A stretch of 64,000 bases of DNA, taken from NCBI GenBank assembly GCA_905178155.1, contig CAJINV010000004.1, positions 9,096,300-9,160,299 of the forward strand. The letters are read 5' to 3'. Under the pieces are notes generated by a model. That model was not told the origin of the DNA. It made no database searches and was given only the letters and a program-made list of their open reading frames with translations. The translations under genes were made by a program, and so were the position numbers. Origin of the DNA: Amoebophrya sp. A120. Lineage: Eukaryota; Protista; Dinoflagellata. Shown here in pieces: positions 1 through 12,585 of this stretch. Each line of letters opens with the position of its first letter. Position 1 is the stretch's first letter.

Positions 1-89
1 AGGTCGTGCATTACAGACATCCTGGGTCATGTAAAATCTGCACGACAGGGCTTGTATTCTTCCAGACGCAGACATATTTGCAATGCATA
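1..89. mobile_element. Right part of family-A TIR introner, cut by window edge
   Basis: Ends TTCCAGACGCAGACATATTTGCAATGCATA; same as the end of 7517-7814. Confidence 0.85.
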
Positions 90-1590
90 GCGTTCGGGAA
101 ACAGACACAAACTTGGGGCAGAATGACTCCGCCAACACCTGGGTCGGAAAAGGGATCTTCATATCCGCCGAAGAAAAAAAAGAACTGCTGCGGCCGGAAA
201 GGCGAAATCAGTACAACCCGAAACGGCCGGACGAGTTCCATCGAATGCACCCGACTCTGTGGCTAGATACGCTGGAACGCGTGCCGATGCGGAAGGAAAA
301 CCATTTAGGGGAGGAATTTAGCCTAGCGTTCCATTCGGACCCGGTGTACGACTTACTCGACAGCCACAGCGAGGGGGAGTCGGAGTCGATCTATCCTGAG
401 TAAAAACGTACCCACACCAGAGTCAGGATGAGGATTTTGCAACACAAACCTAGGAGTTTTGTGAGTCACGCATGACAAGGCGCACTATGCAGTGTAGTGC
501 AGGTTAGCAAGTGCAGCCGCATCACAGATTCATCTGCTGATCCTGTTCACAGCATGACAAATTTCAAAACACGATTGGAAATGGCTCTCATGGGGATGCG
601 CATTACAAGTCTTCCTGTCTTATCGAAGGAAAAAAGTGATACAGTTACACACTACTTCAAAAATACCGTATTTTTTTTGGGTTAAACTAAAACATTTTTC
701 AACACTCTCCTCGCGCTCGTACCTGTTGAACTTTGATTTGTATGTCATGAGAAAAGGGTATGTTTAATTAGCTACGGTTGCTTCAGTTGACTATTCTAGC
801 TAAGGAGGCCAAAATCCCGATATCGCGGACCACGCCAAGAACGTGCTCTTCAGTCCCAGCTCCTGCAGCCCGCTGGCCCCACCTGGTGGGGCCAGCAGGC
901 GTCATACCGGTGGTCTTCGTGCTGGACTTGCAATTCGGAACCGACATCCAAACGGCATGCCTCCTTAGCTAGCTAGTTCAACATACAACTGAAGCAACCG
1001 TTAGCTACCAGCAATTCTAAGTACTTAAACATCGTGCATTCAGAAAAGAAACTCTTACCTGTGCGTCAAAAAATTTCATTCTTCAACCCAAAAAAAATAC
1101 GGTATTTTTGAAGTAGTGTGTAACTGTATCACTTTTTTCCTTCGATATGTCTTTGCAAATCTGCATTACAACTCTGGTGTGGGTACGTTTTTACTCAGGA
1201 TACGATCCCCACCTACGTCATCGACCGCGTGCGCAGGGAGCAAAATGACATGTCCCAGCGGGTATGCAATGCAAAAGCATCGTACTAGTATAAATTGCAT
1301 TACAGATTAGCCCAGCATTACAAATTGAATTTGTAATGCTGATTCACCTTGAGAAAGAGACTTGTAATGCATAAATGCAATTACTACGAGTGCGATACTT
1401 TTGCACAGGATAGCGGGAGTGCAACGGAGCGACGGTCGAGCCGCTGCGAAACTTTCGGACCAAAAGTAAGGAGGGCGGCGGGACCGGGAGTAGTAGTACC
1501 ACGATGAAAAGCAGAATGGAGGTGTCGCATTCCACTTCGAAGGGAAGCGGGCACGCGTCGAAGCGACAGCGACAGGCGAGTCCGACGTAG
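90..1590 (+). CDS. Hypothetical protein 'gene X', copy 1, 3' part (exons ~90-391, 1208-1262, 1418-1590)
   Basis: ORF 83-403 (..SVRETD..SEGESESI) continues in frame as PTYVIDRVRREQNDMSQRECNG..QASPT* after removing elements 392-1202 and 1263-1412 plus one TSD each. Confidence 0.7.
392..1202. mobile_element. Family-B TIR introner containing a nested element
   Basis: TATCCTGAGTAAAAACGTACCCACACCAGAG...CTCTGGTGTGGGTACGTTTTTACTCAGGATA; TSD CGATC. Confidence 0.92.
621..1147. mobile_element. Nested 527-bp MITE with perfect 63-bp TIR
   Basis: TIR 621-683 / 1085-1147 (TATCGAAGGAAAAAAGTGATACAG...); TSD TGTCT; absent from the equivalent element 8658-8936. Confidence 0.95.
1263..1412. mobile_element. Family-C TIR introner (150 bp)
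   Basis: TATGCAATGCAAAAGCATCGTACT...AGTGCGATACTTTTGCACAGGATA; TSD GCGGG; empty site at ~8992-8996. Confidence 0.92.
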
Positions 1591-3782
1591 AAGGAGGTGA
1601 TGTAAAGCCACCAGCACCAACCATGTGGAACAGGAAGGAGAGGTTGTAGCTGTACTAGGCGACATTTTTGGGAGTATAAAACTCGAAAAATAGGGGGAAG
1701 GACGGGGTGCACATGGTCTTAAGATTTTATTTTCGGAATCAGTCTGACACTGACTGGTCTTTATGCTACAATACCAATACGTTAATATACGAACTTGTTG
1801 TTGTGTCCTGCTACGGCATAGAACACATCAAAAAGAACGAAACAGTATATAAAGAACAGCGCAATCTAATCAGTTTAAGGTTTTACAGTTATGCGTGGAA
1901 ATGGTGCGAAAATCGCCATTACTGAACCGCTATCGAAAGCTCTCAGTTTCTCAAAGTTTATGCATGTGATGAAATCTACGGATTTTCACACCACGAAGAT
2001 AGGTAGAATCAGTTGAAATCACCGTATAGATGAAAGGTCTTATTAAAAGGGAAGGGTTGTATTTTTTTACGAATTGGAATTTTTTCCAGAGTCAAAATAT
2101 CTCGTGCTAGTGCTCTCGTGCTAGCGTTAAAACTACGTGCAAAAAAAAAGAGCCCTGAGATGCACACAGCTATTGCAACGCAGCTAGCCGACACCTTCAA
2201 ATAAATCCGAGAGAAAATAAGCCGAGGAGCACCGCATAGATATAGTGGATGTCAGGCGCACGCCTGCCTGACGTCCATGTTGGTAGTAGGTACCATGCAC
2301 ACTTCCGAACAAAGCTCGTTTCAGGCGGTGGACGAGCTGCATCTTTGGACGAGCCGCTCTGTGATCAACAACTTTATTCAAGACAAAGACTTTTTAAACT
2401 ACCGATCAAATTATTGAACTATAATCTCTATCTCTGTTTAATGCACAGAAGGAGCCTTGGCCATACGGCTACAGCAACAGCTAATTTATGGTGAATTATC
2501 AGCATTGCCACCTGCAGCGACCCAGCACTTTGACGCAAGAAGAAGACGACATTGCAATCGAAGAGCCTACTTACTTTATCGAACTATAAAACGAACATTT
2601 CAATGATTTCCTTCACATCGCTACAAGTAATAATACGTATGCAGCAGGACTTATCAGTTTTACTCCATCGCCGCTGCTGCGAAGACTACTACATGTGCTG
2701 TTGATTGATGGCAAAGTATTAACGAGTACATATGCAAACTGCTGCTCCAACTGCGTCTCCCTCTTCTCTTGACGTTTTTGTTGAATTTTCCTGCAGTTGT
2801 TTTCGATATTCTTCAGCGCGCATAGTTGTTGTACATCTTCTTCACATGATAAAAGGCGGAAAAAATTATCGGCCGTGCGTCTGTGTGGTTCTTCCTTTTC
2901 GATATGCAAGGGAACAACTAGCACAACACACGGCTGTTCTTGCAATCTTCGCAAGGTCCCTGACCACGCCTCTGTGTTGGTCCATGTGCGTGTTGTGCAT
3001 CGCGAGCCCGCATGAGTGTTAAAGCAGTAGTTTTTTCTTTTATTTGTTGAAACTTCATCCTCCTACTTGTAGATGAGAAAAATTTCTCGGATTTGGTTTC
3101 GGTAGTTCATGTGGATAGAAGCTTCGGTCATATACGAGCATTGACACATATTAGATCTCGGTTTACTACAAGAAAAACAATGATTAAAGCACAGACCAGA
3201 GGTATTGGCATTCATCGCATGGGATCTCAAATAATGTTGAAGACAAATGCTGGATCTATTGTTCCTAGATATTAAGCAGATCACATTTATGAAGATGATC
3301 CAGCATGCTTTTTTCCCGGCTCGAAATCTTCATGATCCGGTTTTTGTATGGGGGTGATGTGTCACGATGTGTGAATTCGGTGTAACGAGCACTACATGAA
3401 CGCAGCACTCGGTGAAGTACAAGAAGTGTGTGCAGTTTCCGAAAGAAATCGAGGAAAGACTCAAACCTAGTACACGTCATCGATGAACAGCAAATGCATT
3501 CTTTTTCAACAGGCCATTCTTTCGGTTTATTCCGCCTGCAAGTTTTCTTATGTAGCCTAGGCAAGAAGTTGAAGTTCGCGAATCGACATTTTGGAAACAG
3601 TAGAATCAACTCATATCTGCTGCAAACTTCTTCACGGCTTCTTCTCGTACGTAAAAGTATAAGAATATACAGAAAAGCAAAAGGCTATCATCTTCATCAC
3701 GACTCCACTCCGCTGCACATTCGTTGTAAGCGTATTACGCGTCTCTACGTTTTTGAACAAAAACAAAAATACTTATATCAAA

Positions 3783-5029
3783 ATGTCGTCCGCGCCTTCC
3801 TCCTCAATCCGGTCCAGCAGCGCATCGCTGCGATCCCAGATGAATTATGCGAAACCCTACCCAGTGTTGGTGCAGCCGCCCGTGATCGCGGTCCAACACA
3901 CCATGCCCACCGCGCCCATCCCCCGCCCCTGGATCCACGGAAAAAACGACGACGTGTGTTGTGCCTGCTGGGATCGTATCAAATGCAAAAACGTCTGGGT
4001 CTGGAAGATTCTGACACTTGTCATGCACGTTTTGCATGAGCCATGATGTCTGTGATGCATACCCTAGCAATGCAGATTTTTTGAGGGCTTCTTGATGCGT
4101 ATTCCGCTTGACAGATGCCTTCTCAACGTAGAAAAAATTGCATTCTGTTTGTTACTCATGCAATACAGATTTTTTTAGATTCCAAAAATAGCATCACAAG
4201 TTGCATTCTTCCAGACCCAGACACTTTTGCAATTGATAGATCGCTGCACCGCGCTGCCGTCGACGGAGACGCGCGACATTATGGAGTTCTCAGATGTTAC
4301 ATAGTCAACTGTTACATGAAAATTGTAATGCAAGAATGGCAATAGTGAAAGGGAAAAGATTGCGCGTTTTGCATTACAGGTTTGGAGCAGATTCTAATGC
4401 TATCTAGCGCGTCGAGAACTTGTCATGCGAAGCAGCTTGATCATGTAGTAGATATTGTTATTGATGGCAATTTTGCATGACAAATTTATGTAACAGTTGA
4501 GAGTGTAACGTTTGGGAATCCCATAGACATGGCGACCAACGGGTTACTCCGGATAAACTTCACCTATTGGGACGACCGGCACTGCTGCGCGTGCGGGCCG
4601 CACCCGGGGGTGGCGGAACAGGTACAGGATCAGCACTGCCCGGAGGAGGTCATTCAAGCGGCCATTGTGAACTGCGGGGGGAATCCAGTAATTGAGCTAA
4701 AGCAGGAACCTGAGCAACTAGAGAAAATAAACGAGGAGCCCGGTCGCGTTCTCGACATCCGAAAGGAACTAATCGACATTTGGGACGAGTACCTTGGCCA
4801 GGACGGGATGCTCTTTCACTGCTGGGTCACCATCACCTACGACGGTGATGGCCGGCCGCAGAAAAACCGCCACTTTCGCCGTTGGATCGCGTTGGCGTTG
4901 ACCCCGGAGCAGAGCGCGCTGCTGGCGGGGGAACCCCACATCAGCGGGGACGTGGAGGTGGATTTGTGTTGCGGTGGGGTCAACGAACTAGCGCTGAGTA
5001 TGCACCCGCCCAATGGCATGCTGTTCTGA
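3783..5029 (+). CDS. Cys-rich family protein, copy 1 (2 introners, internal in-frame deletion)
   Basis: MSSAPSS..CCACWDR|CTALPSTETRD|MATNGLLRINF..MHPPNGMLF; colinear with intronless paralog 29502-30425. Confidence 0.8.
3977..4238. mobile_element. Family-A TIR introner
   Basis: TATCAAATGCAAAAACGTCTGGGTCTGGAA...TTCCAGACCCAGACACTTTTGCAATTGATA; TSD GATCG. Confidence 0.92.
4280..4525. mobile_element. Family-D TIR introner
   Basis: TATGGAGTTCTCAGATGTTACA...TGTAACGTTTGGGAATCCCATA; TSD GACAT. Confidence 0.9.
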
Positions 5030-6727
5030 GTTCTCCTTTGGGGATGGGGGGTGAATAAATCCGAAAAATAACAAGAATACCGGACTGCAATATGAAAAAG
5101 AAAATGAATAAAATTGAGCAGAAGCATAAGGATAAGCGTGATAGGCACGCACTACGATTAGAATAGTACGCGCTGCCATGATACATCATAGCCATCTTGT
5201 TTTTTCTTGTGGAAAATGAACTACCGTGGACAATTTTTTTTTTTTTGACATTGAATACACAGGGGATTGACACATATATGTAATTTTTTTTCCGCAGACA
5301 GCTCTACTGTTGCGAGCAGTTTTCTGGTTTTTTTCGAAAACGTCGTTTCTAGTCTGTGCGAACCATTTAGATATTCACACTCGTTCTCACTTGATAGCTC
5401 TACCTTTTCTTGTATGAATTGCGCAGATAGAGATGAACCACAATAACAATATAAGTAGAAGCCGCACTCCAATTTTTTCGCAAGGCACATAATTCTTTCG
5501 TTTCTCTTTATTGTCGTCAACAAGAAGTAATTCTGCTTTTGTACTTGGATTTGTTTCACTTACTTTTGGGAATTTTTGTGCCTGAGGAGACGTTTTTTCA
5601 GGTTGCATGATCCCGAAATTGTAGCACGAAAAGAAGCAGAAGCAAAGCGCACTGGTTGATGTTGAATCAAGAAAAGCTGCGAATGACAACGAACAAAAGG
5701 AAAAGTGCTACGGTTATTTCACCTTGGTTTCGCTGCAGAGATGAGAAGCAAGAGCAAGATTTGTCCGCTTTCGTTTGATCCGGAAGCCAAGAACAATCTG
5801 CTCGACCATGATGCAGATCGGGAACAAGCCTGAGACAAGTCCATAGACAGATGCAGATACTACATCTCGTAGAACATAACGACGACGAGCAAAAGATCAA
5901 AGACGAGCCGCAACGTGAAAAAGGTCTAGTAGGATGGTATATTGTGACAGTTACTGGCAAGTAAGAAGCCCGCTCGTTGCGATCCGCCTTGTGTCTTATC
6001 GTGTATCGGAGTCGTGTGTTGCAAAAACAAAAAAGATCTACGTAGTCTCCAGTAGTGGCATATTGTCGTGACGGTGAAGATGAAGATCTAGTGTTAATGC
6101 GCAACTCGTCATCAAAGAGAAGAAGAAGAGCAAAAGCAACAGATTTCTATAAGTACTTCTGCTTCTGGTAGTTCGGTTAAACGAAAACAATCGAAGTCGA
6201 ACGCACATATTTGGCGGTCATTGATTCATGGTCGTGTCATCTGGTCGACCCGTCCTCTGTCATCGTGAACATTGAAGACTACAGCGGAGCCTCTAGTGTT
6301 TTGACGTACTAGATAAGCTTGTGCATGATTCGGCAAGATACTCTTGTTGCCCGCTTTTTCTACTTCTGCCTTACCAATAAAAATGAAATTTTGAATTTTC
6401 GCGGATGCTTTCCCTTTCTTGCCCTCAAGNCAAAAAAAAAAGCCAAAAAAACCCAGCGTTAGCCCCGCGCCGTTTTTATCTTGCGGGCGCCTTTTTGTAA
6501 AAACGCAGCAAACACGCAGACGCCAGAAAAATGCCGGAATCTCCGGATACAGTTGCGGCGTTTTTAGGCAAATTGCCCAAAATCACATAATCGACATTTG
6601 GGACGAGTACCTTGGCCCGGGCGGGATGCTCTTTCACAATGTGTTGTTGCACAGACATCATGGCCCATGCAAAACATGCATGACAAATCTCGCAATCTTC
6701 CAGACCCAGACATTTTTACGTTTGATA

Positions 6728-9169
6728 CGCCGGTGCATTTGACGATGTGAACGACATGGACCTCTCGGGTGCGGAGGATGAGGACCTCTTGCCCGGAGGG
6801 GTCGAGCAGGGTCCCCGCGCGGAATCCGAAACGGCGGTACTGAATCTGGACAAGATCCATTATCCTGAGTAAAAACGTCCCTACCCCAGAGTTGTCATGC
6901 AATTCTGCATGCTGAAGATGTTTCTCATGCGGAGCTCCATGACAAGCATTTACTAGTCGCGTTTCGGAGTTTGTCATGCTCCAATCAGCATGCTGCGCTA
7001 GATCTGTGATGCTGCTGCACTAGCTAAACAGGACCACACTACGAGGACAAACTTGTCATGCGAAACAACCACAGCTGGCTGATTTGTCTAGCAGATTGCC
7101 CATCTGGACTCTGGTGTGGGGACGTTTTTCCTCGCAATATCCATCCCAATCCGTTTATCAAGAACCGGGACCGCCTCTGCGACGCCATCATCAACTCGCT
7201 GAAGGCGATATCAAATGTAAAAATGTCTGGGTCTAGAAGAATCCGAACTTGTGACGCTGTCTCTGGATTCTGAAAAAAATTGTATTGCATGACCAGCAAG
7301 AGGGTCCAGTTTGTGCTACGCGGAGAGGGCATTTCTCATGCGGAAGGTGCATCAGGAAGCCCTCTAAAAGTCTGCGATGCTAGGTCATGCATTACAGGGA
7401 TCATGGGTCATGAGAAATATGCATGACAAATCTCGCATTCTTCCAGACCCGGACATTTTTGCATTTGATAGGCGACGTTGCCGCGCGGCGCGGGGAGGGT
7501 GAACCGGCACAGCATTTATGCATTGCAAAAATGTCTGGGTCTGGAAGGTTGGAACTTGTGATGCTAACTCTGGACTGCCCTTAGACCTCCGATGTGATGC
7601 TAACTCTGGACTCTAAAGAAATCTGCATTGCATGACCAGCAAGAGGAGTCCAGTTTGTGCTACGCGGGGAGGGCATTTGTCATGCGGAGTAGGCATCAGG
7701 AAGCCCCCTAAAAATCTGTGATGCTAGGTCGTGCATTACAGACATCCTGGGTCATGTAAAATCTGCACGACAGGGCTTGTATTCTTCCAGACGCAGACAT
7801 ATTTGCAATGCATAGCGTTCGGGAAACAGACAAGGACTTGGGGCAGAATGACTCCGCAAACACCTGGGTCGGAAAAGGGATCTTCATATCCTGTGTAAAA
7901 ACGTCCCCACACCATAGTTGTCATGCAACTCTGCATGCTTAAAATGTTTCTCATGCGGAGCCCCATGAGAAGCATTTTCTAATGCGGTTTGGAAATCTGT
8001 AATGCGCCAATCAACATGAGATACTAGATCTGTAATGCTGCTTAGCTGGCTCAAACAGCACTACACTACGCGTCCAAATTTGTCATGCGAAACAGCCAAA
8101 GCTTATGGATTTGTCTAGCGGATTTCCCATCTTGACTCTGGTGTGGGGACATTTTTACTCAGGATACTTCATATCCGCGGAGGAAAAAAAGGAACTGCTG
8201 CGGCCGGAAAGGCTATCAAATGCAAAAATGTCTGGGTCTGGAAAAGTGCAAGTTTGTCATGCTTGTCTGGCATGACTCGGGAATCTGTGTTGCATAGGCA
8301 CGAAAAGGCCCGCTTACCTGTCATACAAAAACAGAGTTTGCCATGCGGAATACGTAAGACATGGCAGCCAAAAAAATTGTCATGCATAGCTGCGTATTGC
8401 AGTGCGTCTATCTGTAACTTTTAGCATTACAAGTTTCCAGACCCAGACATTTTTGCAATCCATAAAGGCGAAATCAGTACAACCCGAAACGGCCGGACGA
8501 GTTTTTTCGGATGCACCCGACTCTGTGGCTAGATACGCTGGAACGCGTGCCGATGCGGAAGGAAAACCATTTAGGGGAGGAATTTAGCCTGGCCTTCCAT
8601 TCGGACCCGGTGTACGACTTACTCGACAGCCACAGCGAGGGGGAGTCGGAGTCGATCTATCCTGAGTAAAAACGTACCCACACCAGAGTCAGGATGAGGA
8701 TTTTGCAACACAAACCTAGGAGTTTTGTGAGTCACGCATGACAAGTCGCACTATGCAGTGTAGTGCAGGTTAGCAAGTGCAGCCGCGTCACAGATTCATC
8801 TGCTGATCCTGTTCACAGCATCACAAATTCCAAAACACGATTGGAAATGGCTCTCATGGGGATGCGCATTACAAGTCTTCCTGTCTTTGCAAATCTGCAT
8901 TACAACTCTGGTGTGGGTACGTTTTTACTCAGGATACGATCCCCACCTACGTCATCGACCGCGTGCGCAGGGAGCAAAATGACATGTCCCAGCGGGAGTG
9001 CAACGGGGCGACGGTCGAGCCGCTGCGAAACTTTCGGACCAAAAGTAAGGAGGGCGGCGGGACCGGGAGTAGTAGTACCACGATGAAAAGCAGAATGGAG
9101 GTGTCGCATTCCACCTCGAAGGGAAGCGGGCACGCGTCGAAGCGACAGCGACAGGCGAGTCCGACGTAG
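6728..9169 (+). CDS. Gene X copy 2, 5'-truncated, 6 introners
   Basis: Continuous spliced frame AGAFDDVNDMDL..LDKIH|PNPFIKNRDRLCDAIINSLKA|TLPRG..HS|VRETD..GIF|ISAEEKKELLRPER|RNQYNPKRPDEF..SESI|PTYV..QASPT*. Confidence 0.7.
6861..7139. mobile_element. Family-B TIR introner
   Basis: TATCCTGAGTAAAAACGTCCC...GGGGACGTTTTTCCTCGCAATA; TSD TCCAT. Confidence 0.9.
7209..7470. mobile_element. Family-A TIR introner
   Basis: TATCAAATGTAAAAATGTCTGGGTCT...AGACCCGGACATTTTTGCATTTGATA; TSD GGCGA. Confidence 0.92.
7517..7814. mobile_element. Family-A TIR introner
   Basis: TATGCATTGCAAAAATGTCTGGGTCTGGAA...CATATTTGCAATGCATA; TSD GCATT/GCGTT; internal 20-bp duplication. Confidence 0.9.
7887..8166. mobile_element. 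Family-B TIR introner
   Basis: TATCCTGTGTAAAAACGTCCCCACACC...GGTGTGGGGACATTTTTACTCAGGATA; TSD CTTCA; empty site at ~157-161. Confidence 0.92.
8214..8464. mobile_element. Family-A TIR introner
   Basis: TATCAAATGCAAAAATGTCTGGGTCTGGAA...CATTTTTGCAATCCATA; TSD AAGGC; empty site at ~199-203. Confidence 0.92.
8658..8936. mobile_element. Family-B TIR introner
   Basis: TIR of about 31 bp; TSD CGATC. Confidence 0.92.
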
Positions 9170-11357
9170 AAGGAGGTGATGTAAAGCCACCAGCACCAAC
9201 CATGTGGAACAGGAAGGAGAGGTTGTAGCTGTACTAGGCGACATTTTTGGGAGTATAAAACTCGAAAAATAGGGGGAAGGACGGGGTGCACATGGTCTTA
9301 AGATTTTATTTTCGGAATCAGTCTGACACTGACTGGTCTTTATGCTACAATACCAATACGTTAATATACGAACTTGTTGTTGTGTCCTGCTACGGCATAG
9401 AACACATCAAAAAGAACGAAACAGTATATAAAGAACAGCGCAATCTAATCAGTTTAAGGTTTTACAGTTATGCGTGGAAATGGTGCGAAAATCGCCATTA
9501 CTGAACCGCTATCGAAAGCTCTCAGTTTCTCAAAGTTTATGCATGTGATGAAATCTACGGATTTTCACACCACGAAGATAGGTAGAATCAGTTGAAATCA
9601 CCGTATAGATGAAAGGTCTTATTAAAAGGGAAGGGTTGTATTTTTTTACGAATTGGAATTTTTTCCAGAGTCAAAATATCTCGTGCTAGTGCTCTCGTGC
9701 TAGCGTTAAAACTACGTGCAAAAAAAAAGAGCCCTGAGATGCACACAGCTATTGCAACGCAGCTAGCCGACACCTTCAAATAAATCCGAGAGAAAATAAG
9801 CCGAGGAGCACCGCATAGATATAGTGGATGTCAGGCGCACGCCTGCCTGACGTCCATGTTGGTAGTAGGTACCATGCACACTTCCGAACAAAGCTCGTTT
9901 CAGGCGGTGGACGAGCTGCATCTTTGGACGAGCCGCTCTGTGATCAACAACTTTATTCAAGACAAAGACTTTTTAAACTACCGATCAAATTATTGAACTA
10001 TAATCTCTATCTCTGTTTAATGCACAGAAGGAGCCTTGGCCATACGGCTACAGCAACAGCTAATTTATGGTGAATTATCAGCATTGCCACCTGCAGCGAC
10101 CCAGCACTTTGACGCAAGAAGAAGACGACATTGCAATCGAAGAGCCTACTTACTTTATCGAACTATAAAACGAACATTTCAATGATTTCCTTCACATCGC
10201 TACAAGTAATAATACGTATGCAGCAGGACTTATCAGTTTTACTCCATCGCCGCTGCTGCGAAGACTACTACATGTGCTGTTGATTGATGGCAAAGTATTA
10301 ACGAGTACATATGCAAACTGCTGCTCCAACTGCGTCTCCCTCTTCTCTTGACGTTTTTGTTGAATTTTCCTGCAGTTGTTTTCGATATTCTTCAGCGCGC
10401 ATAGTTGTTGTACATCTTCTTCACATGATAAAAGGCGGAAAAAATTATCGGCCGTGCGTCTGTGTGGTTCTTCCTTTTCGATATGCAAGGGAACAACTAG
10501 CACAACACACGGCTGTTCTTGCAATCTTCGCAAGGTCCCTGACCACGCCTCTGTGTTGGTCCATGTGCGTGTTGTGCATCGCGAGCCCGCATGAGTGTTA
10601 AAGCAGTAGTTTTTTCTTTTATTTGTTGAAACTTCATCCTCCTACTTGTAGATGAGAAAAATTTCTCGGATTTGGTTTCGGTAGTTCATGTGGATAGAAG
10701 CTTCGGTCATATACGAGCATTGACACATATTAGATCTCGGTTTACTACAAGAAAAACAATGATTAAAGCACAGACCAGAGGTATTGGCATTCATCGCATG
10801 GGATCTCAAATAATGTTGAAGACAAATGCTGGATCTATTGTTCCTAGATATTAAGCAGATCACATTTATGAAGATGATCCAGCATGCTTTTTTCCCGGCT
10901 CGAAATCTTCATGATCCGGTTTTTGTATGGGGGTGATGTGTCACGATGTGTGAATTCGGTGTAACGAGCACTACATGAACGCAGCACTCGGTGAAGTACA
11001 AGAAGTGTGTGCAGTTTCCGAAAGAAATCGAGGAAAGACTCAAACCTAGTACACGTCATCGATGAACAGCAAATGCATTCTTTTTCAACAGGCCATTCTT
11101 TCGGTTTATTCCGCCTGCAAGTTTTCTTATGTAGCCTAGCCAAAAAGAAAAAGAAGAAGTTCGCGAATCGACATTTCGGAAACAGTAGAATCAACTCATA
11201 TCTGCTGAAAACTTCTTAACGGCTTCTTCTCGTACGTAAAAGTAAAAGAATATACAGAAAAGCAAAAGGCTATCATCTTCATCACGACTCCACTTCGCTG
11301 CAAATTCGTTGTAAGCGTAAGCGTCTCTACGTTTTTGAAAAACAAAAATATATCAAA

Positions 11358-12585
11358 ATGTCGTCCGCGCCTTCCTCCTCAATCCCGTCCAGCAGCGCGT
11401 CGCTGCGATCCCAGCGGAATTATGCGAAACCCTACCCAGTGTTGGTGCAGCCGCCCGTGATCGCGGTCCAACACACCATGCCTACTGCGCCCATCCCGCG
11501 ACCCTGGATCCACGGTAAAAACGACGACGTGTGTTGTGCCTGCTGGGATCGTATGCATTGCAAATATGTCTGGGTCTGGAAAAATTGGAATCTGTATTGC
11601 GTGTCCTGCACTCCTGTAAAATCTGTATTGCGTGACCGACAAAAGCGCTAATTATTTGTCATGCAAAAACGCAGTTTCTCATGCGCATTACATATGAGTA
11701 AGCGTCCTGAAAATTTGTCATGCTTGGCTGCTCTCAGGAGTTGGCTCAATCATCGCCACTTAGCATCACAAGTTTCCAGACCCAGACATATTTGCAATGC
11801 ATAGATTGCTGCACCGCGCTGCCGTCGACGGAGACGCGCGACATTATGGAGTTCTCAAATGTTACATTCTCAACTGTAGTTACATGAAAATTGTAATGCA
11901 AGAATGGCAAAAGTGGAAGGGAAAAGATTCCGCGTTTTGCATTACAGGTTTGGAGCAGATTATAATGCTATCTAGTGAGTCGAGAACTTGTCATGCAAAA
12001 CAGCTTGGTCATGTAGATGTTGTTGCCAATTTTGCATGACAAATTTATGTAACAGTTGAGAGTGTAACGTTTGGGAATCCCATAGACATGGCGACCAACG
12101 GGTTACTCCGGATAAACTTCACCTATTGGGACCGGCACTGCTGCGCGTGCGGGCCGCACCCGGGGGTGGCGGAACAGGTACAGGATCAGCACTGCCCGGA
12201 GGAGGTCATTCAAGCGGCCATTGTGAACTGCGGGGGGAATCCAGTAATTGAGCTAAAGCAGGAACCTGAGCAACTAGAGAAAATAAACGAGGAGCCCGGT
12301 CGCGTTCTCGACATCCGAAAGGAACTAATCGACATTTGGGACGAGTACCTTGGCCAGGACGGGATGCTCTTTCACTGCTGGGTCACCATCACCTACGACG
12401 GTGATGGCCGGCCGCAGAAAAACCGCCACTTTCGCCGTTGGATCGCGTTGGCGTTGACCCCGGAGCAGAGCGCGCTGCTGGCGGGGGAACCCCACATCAG
12501 CGGGGACGTGGAGGTGGATTTGTGTTGCGGTGGGGTCAACGAACTAGCGCTGAGTATGCACCCGCCCAATGGCATGCTGTTCTGA
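11358..12585 (+). CDS. Cys-rich family protein, copy 2
   Basis: Near-identical exons to 3783-5029; two introners. Confidence 0.8.
11552..11803. mobile_element. Family-A TIR introner, different subfamily from 3977-4238
   Basis: TATGCATTGCAAATATGTCTGGGTCTGGAA...CATATTTGCAATGCATA; TSD GATCG/GATTG. Confidence 0.9.
11845..12084. mobile_element. Family-D TIR introner
   Basis: Homolog of 4280-4525; TSD GACAT. Confidence 0.9.

Larger units (their letters stand above)
1..6429 (+). repeat. Segmental duplication, copy of ~7730-13985
   Basis: Identical ORFs recur at an offset of ~7.56-7.58 kb (e.g. 1707/9286, 5667/13223); ends at the single N at 6430. Confidence 0.9.
6431..8848 (+). repeat. Segmental duplication, copy of ~18086-20503
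   Basis: Identical ORFs at offset 11655 (6476/18131, 7736/19391). Confidence 0.9.

Noticed and set aside
2184-2381. Faint resemblance of HRLKRALFGSVHGTYYQH to the IS1595/Merlin transposase C-terminus
   Set aside because: Too short; no DDE core or termini visible.
6430-6430. Treating the 6429/6431 junction as a biological breakpoint
   Set aside because: It is an N (scaffold join), so the tandem arrangement of 1-6429 with downstream sequence is unverified.
8900-9291. Minus-strand ORFs with a signal-peptide-like start
   Set aside because: The minus frame hits a stop after element removal, while the + strand frame stays open across six elements.
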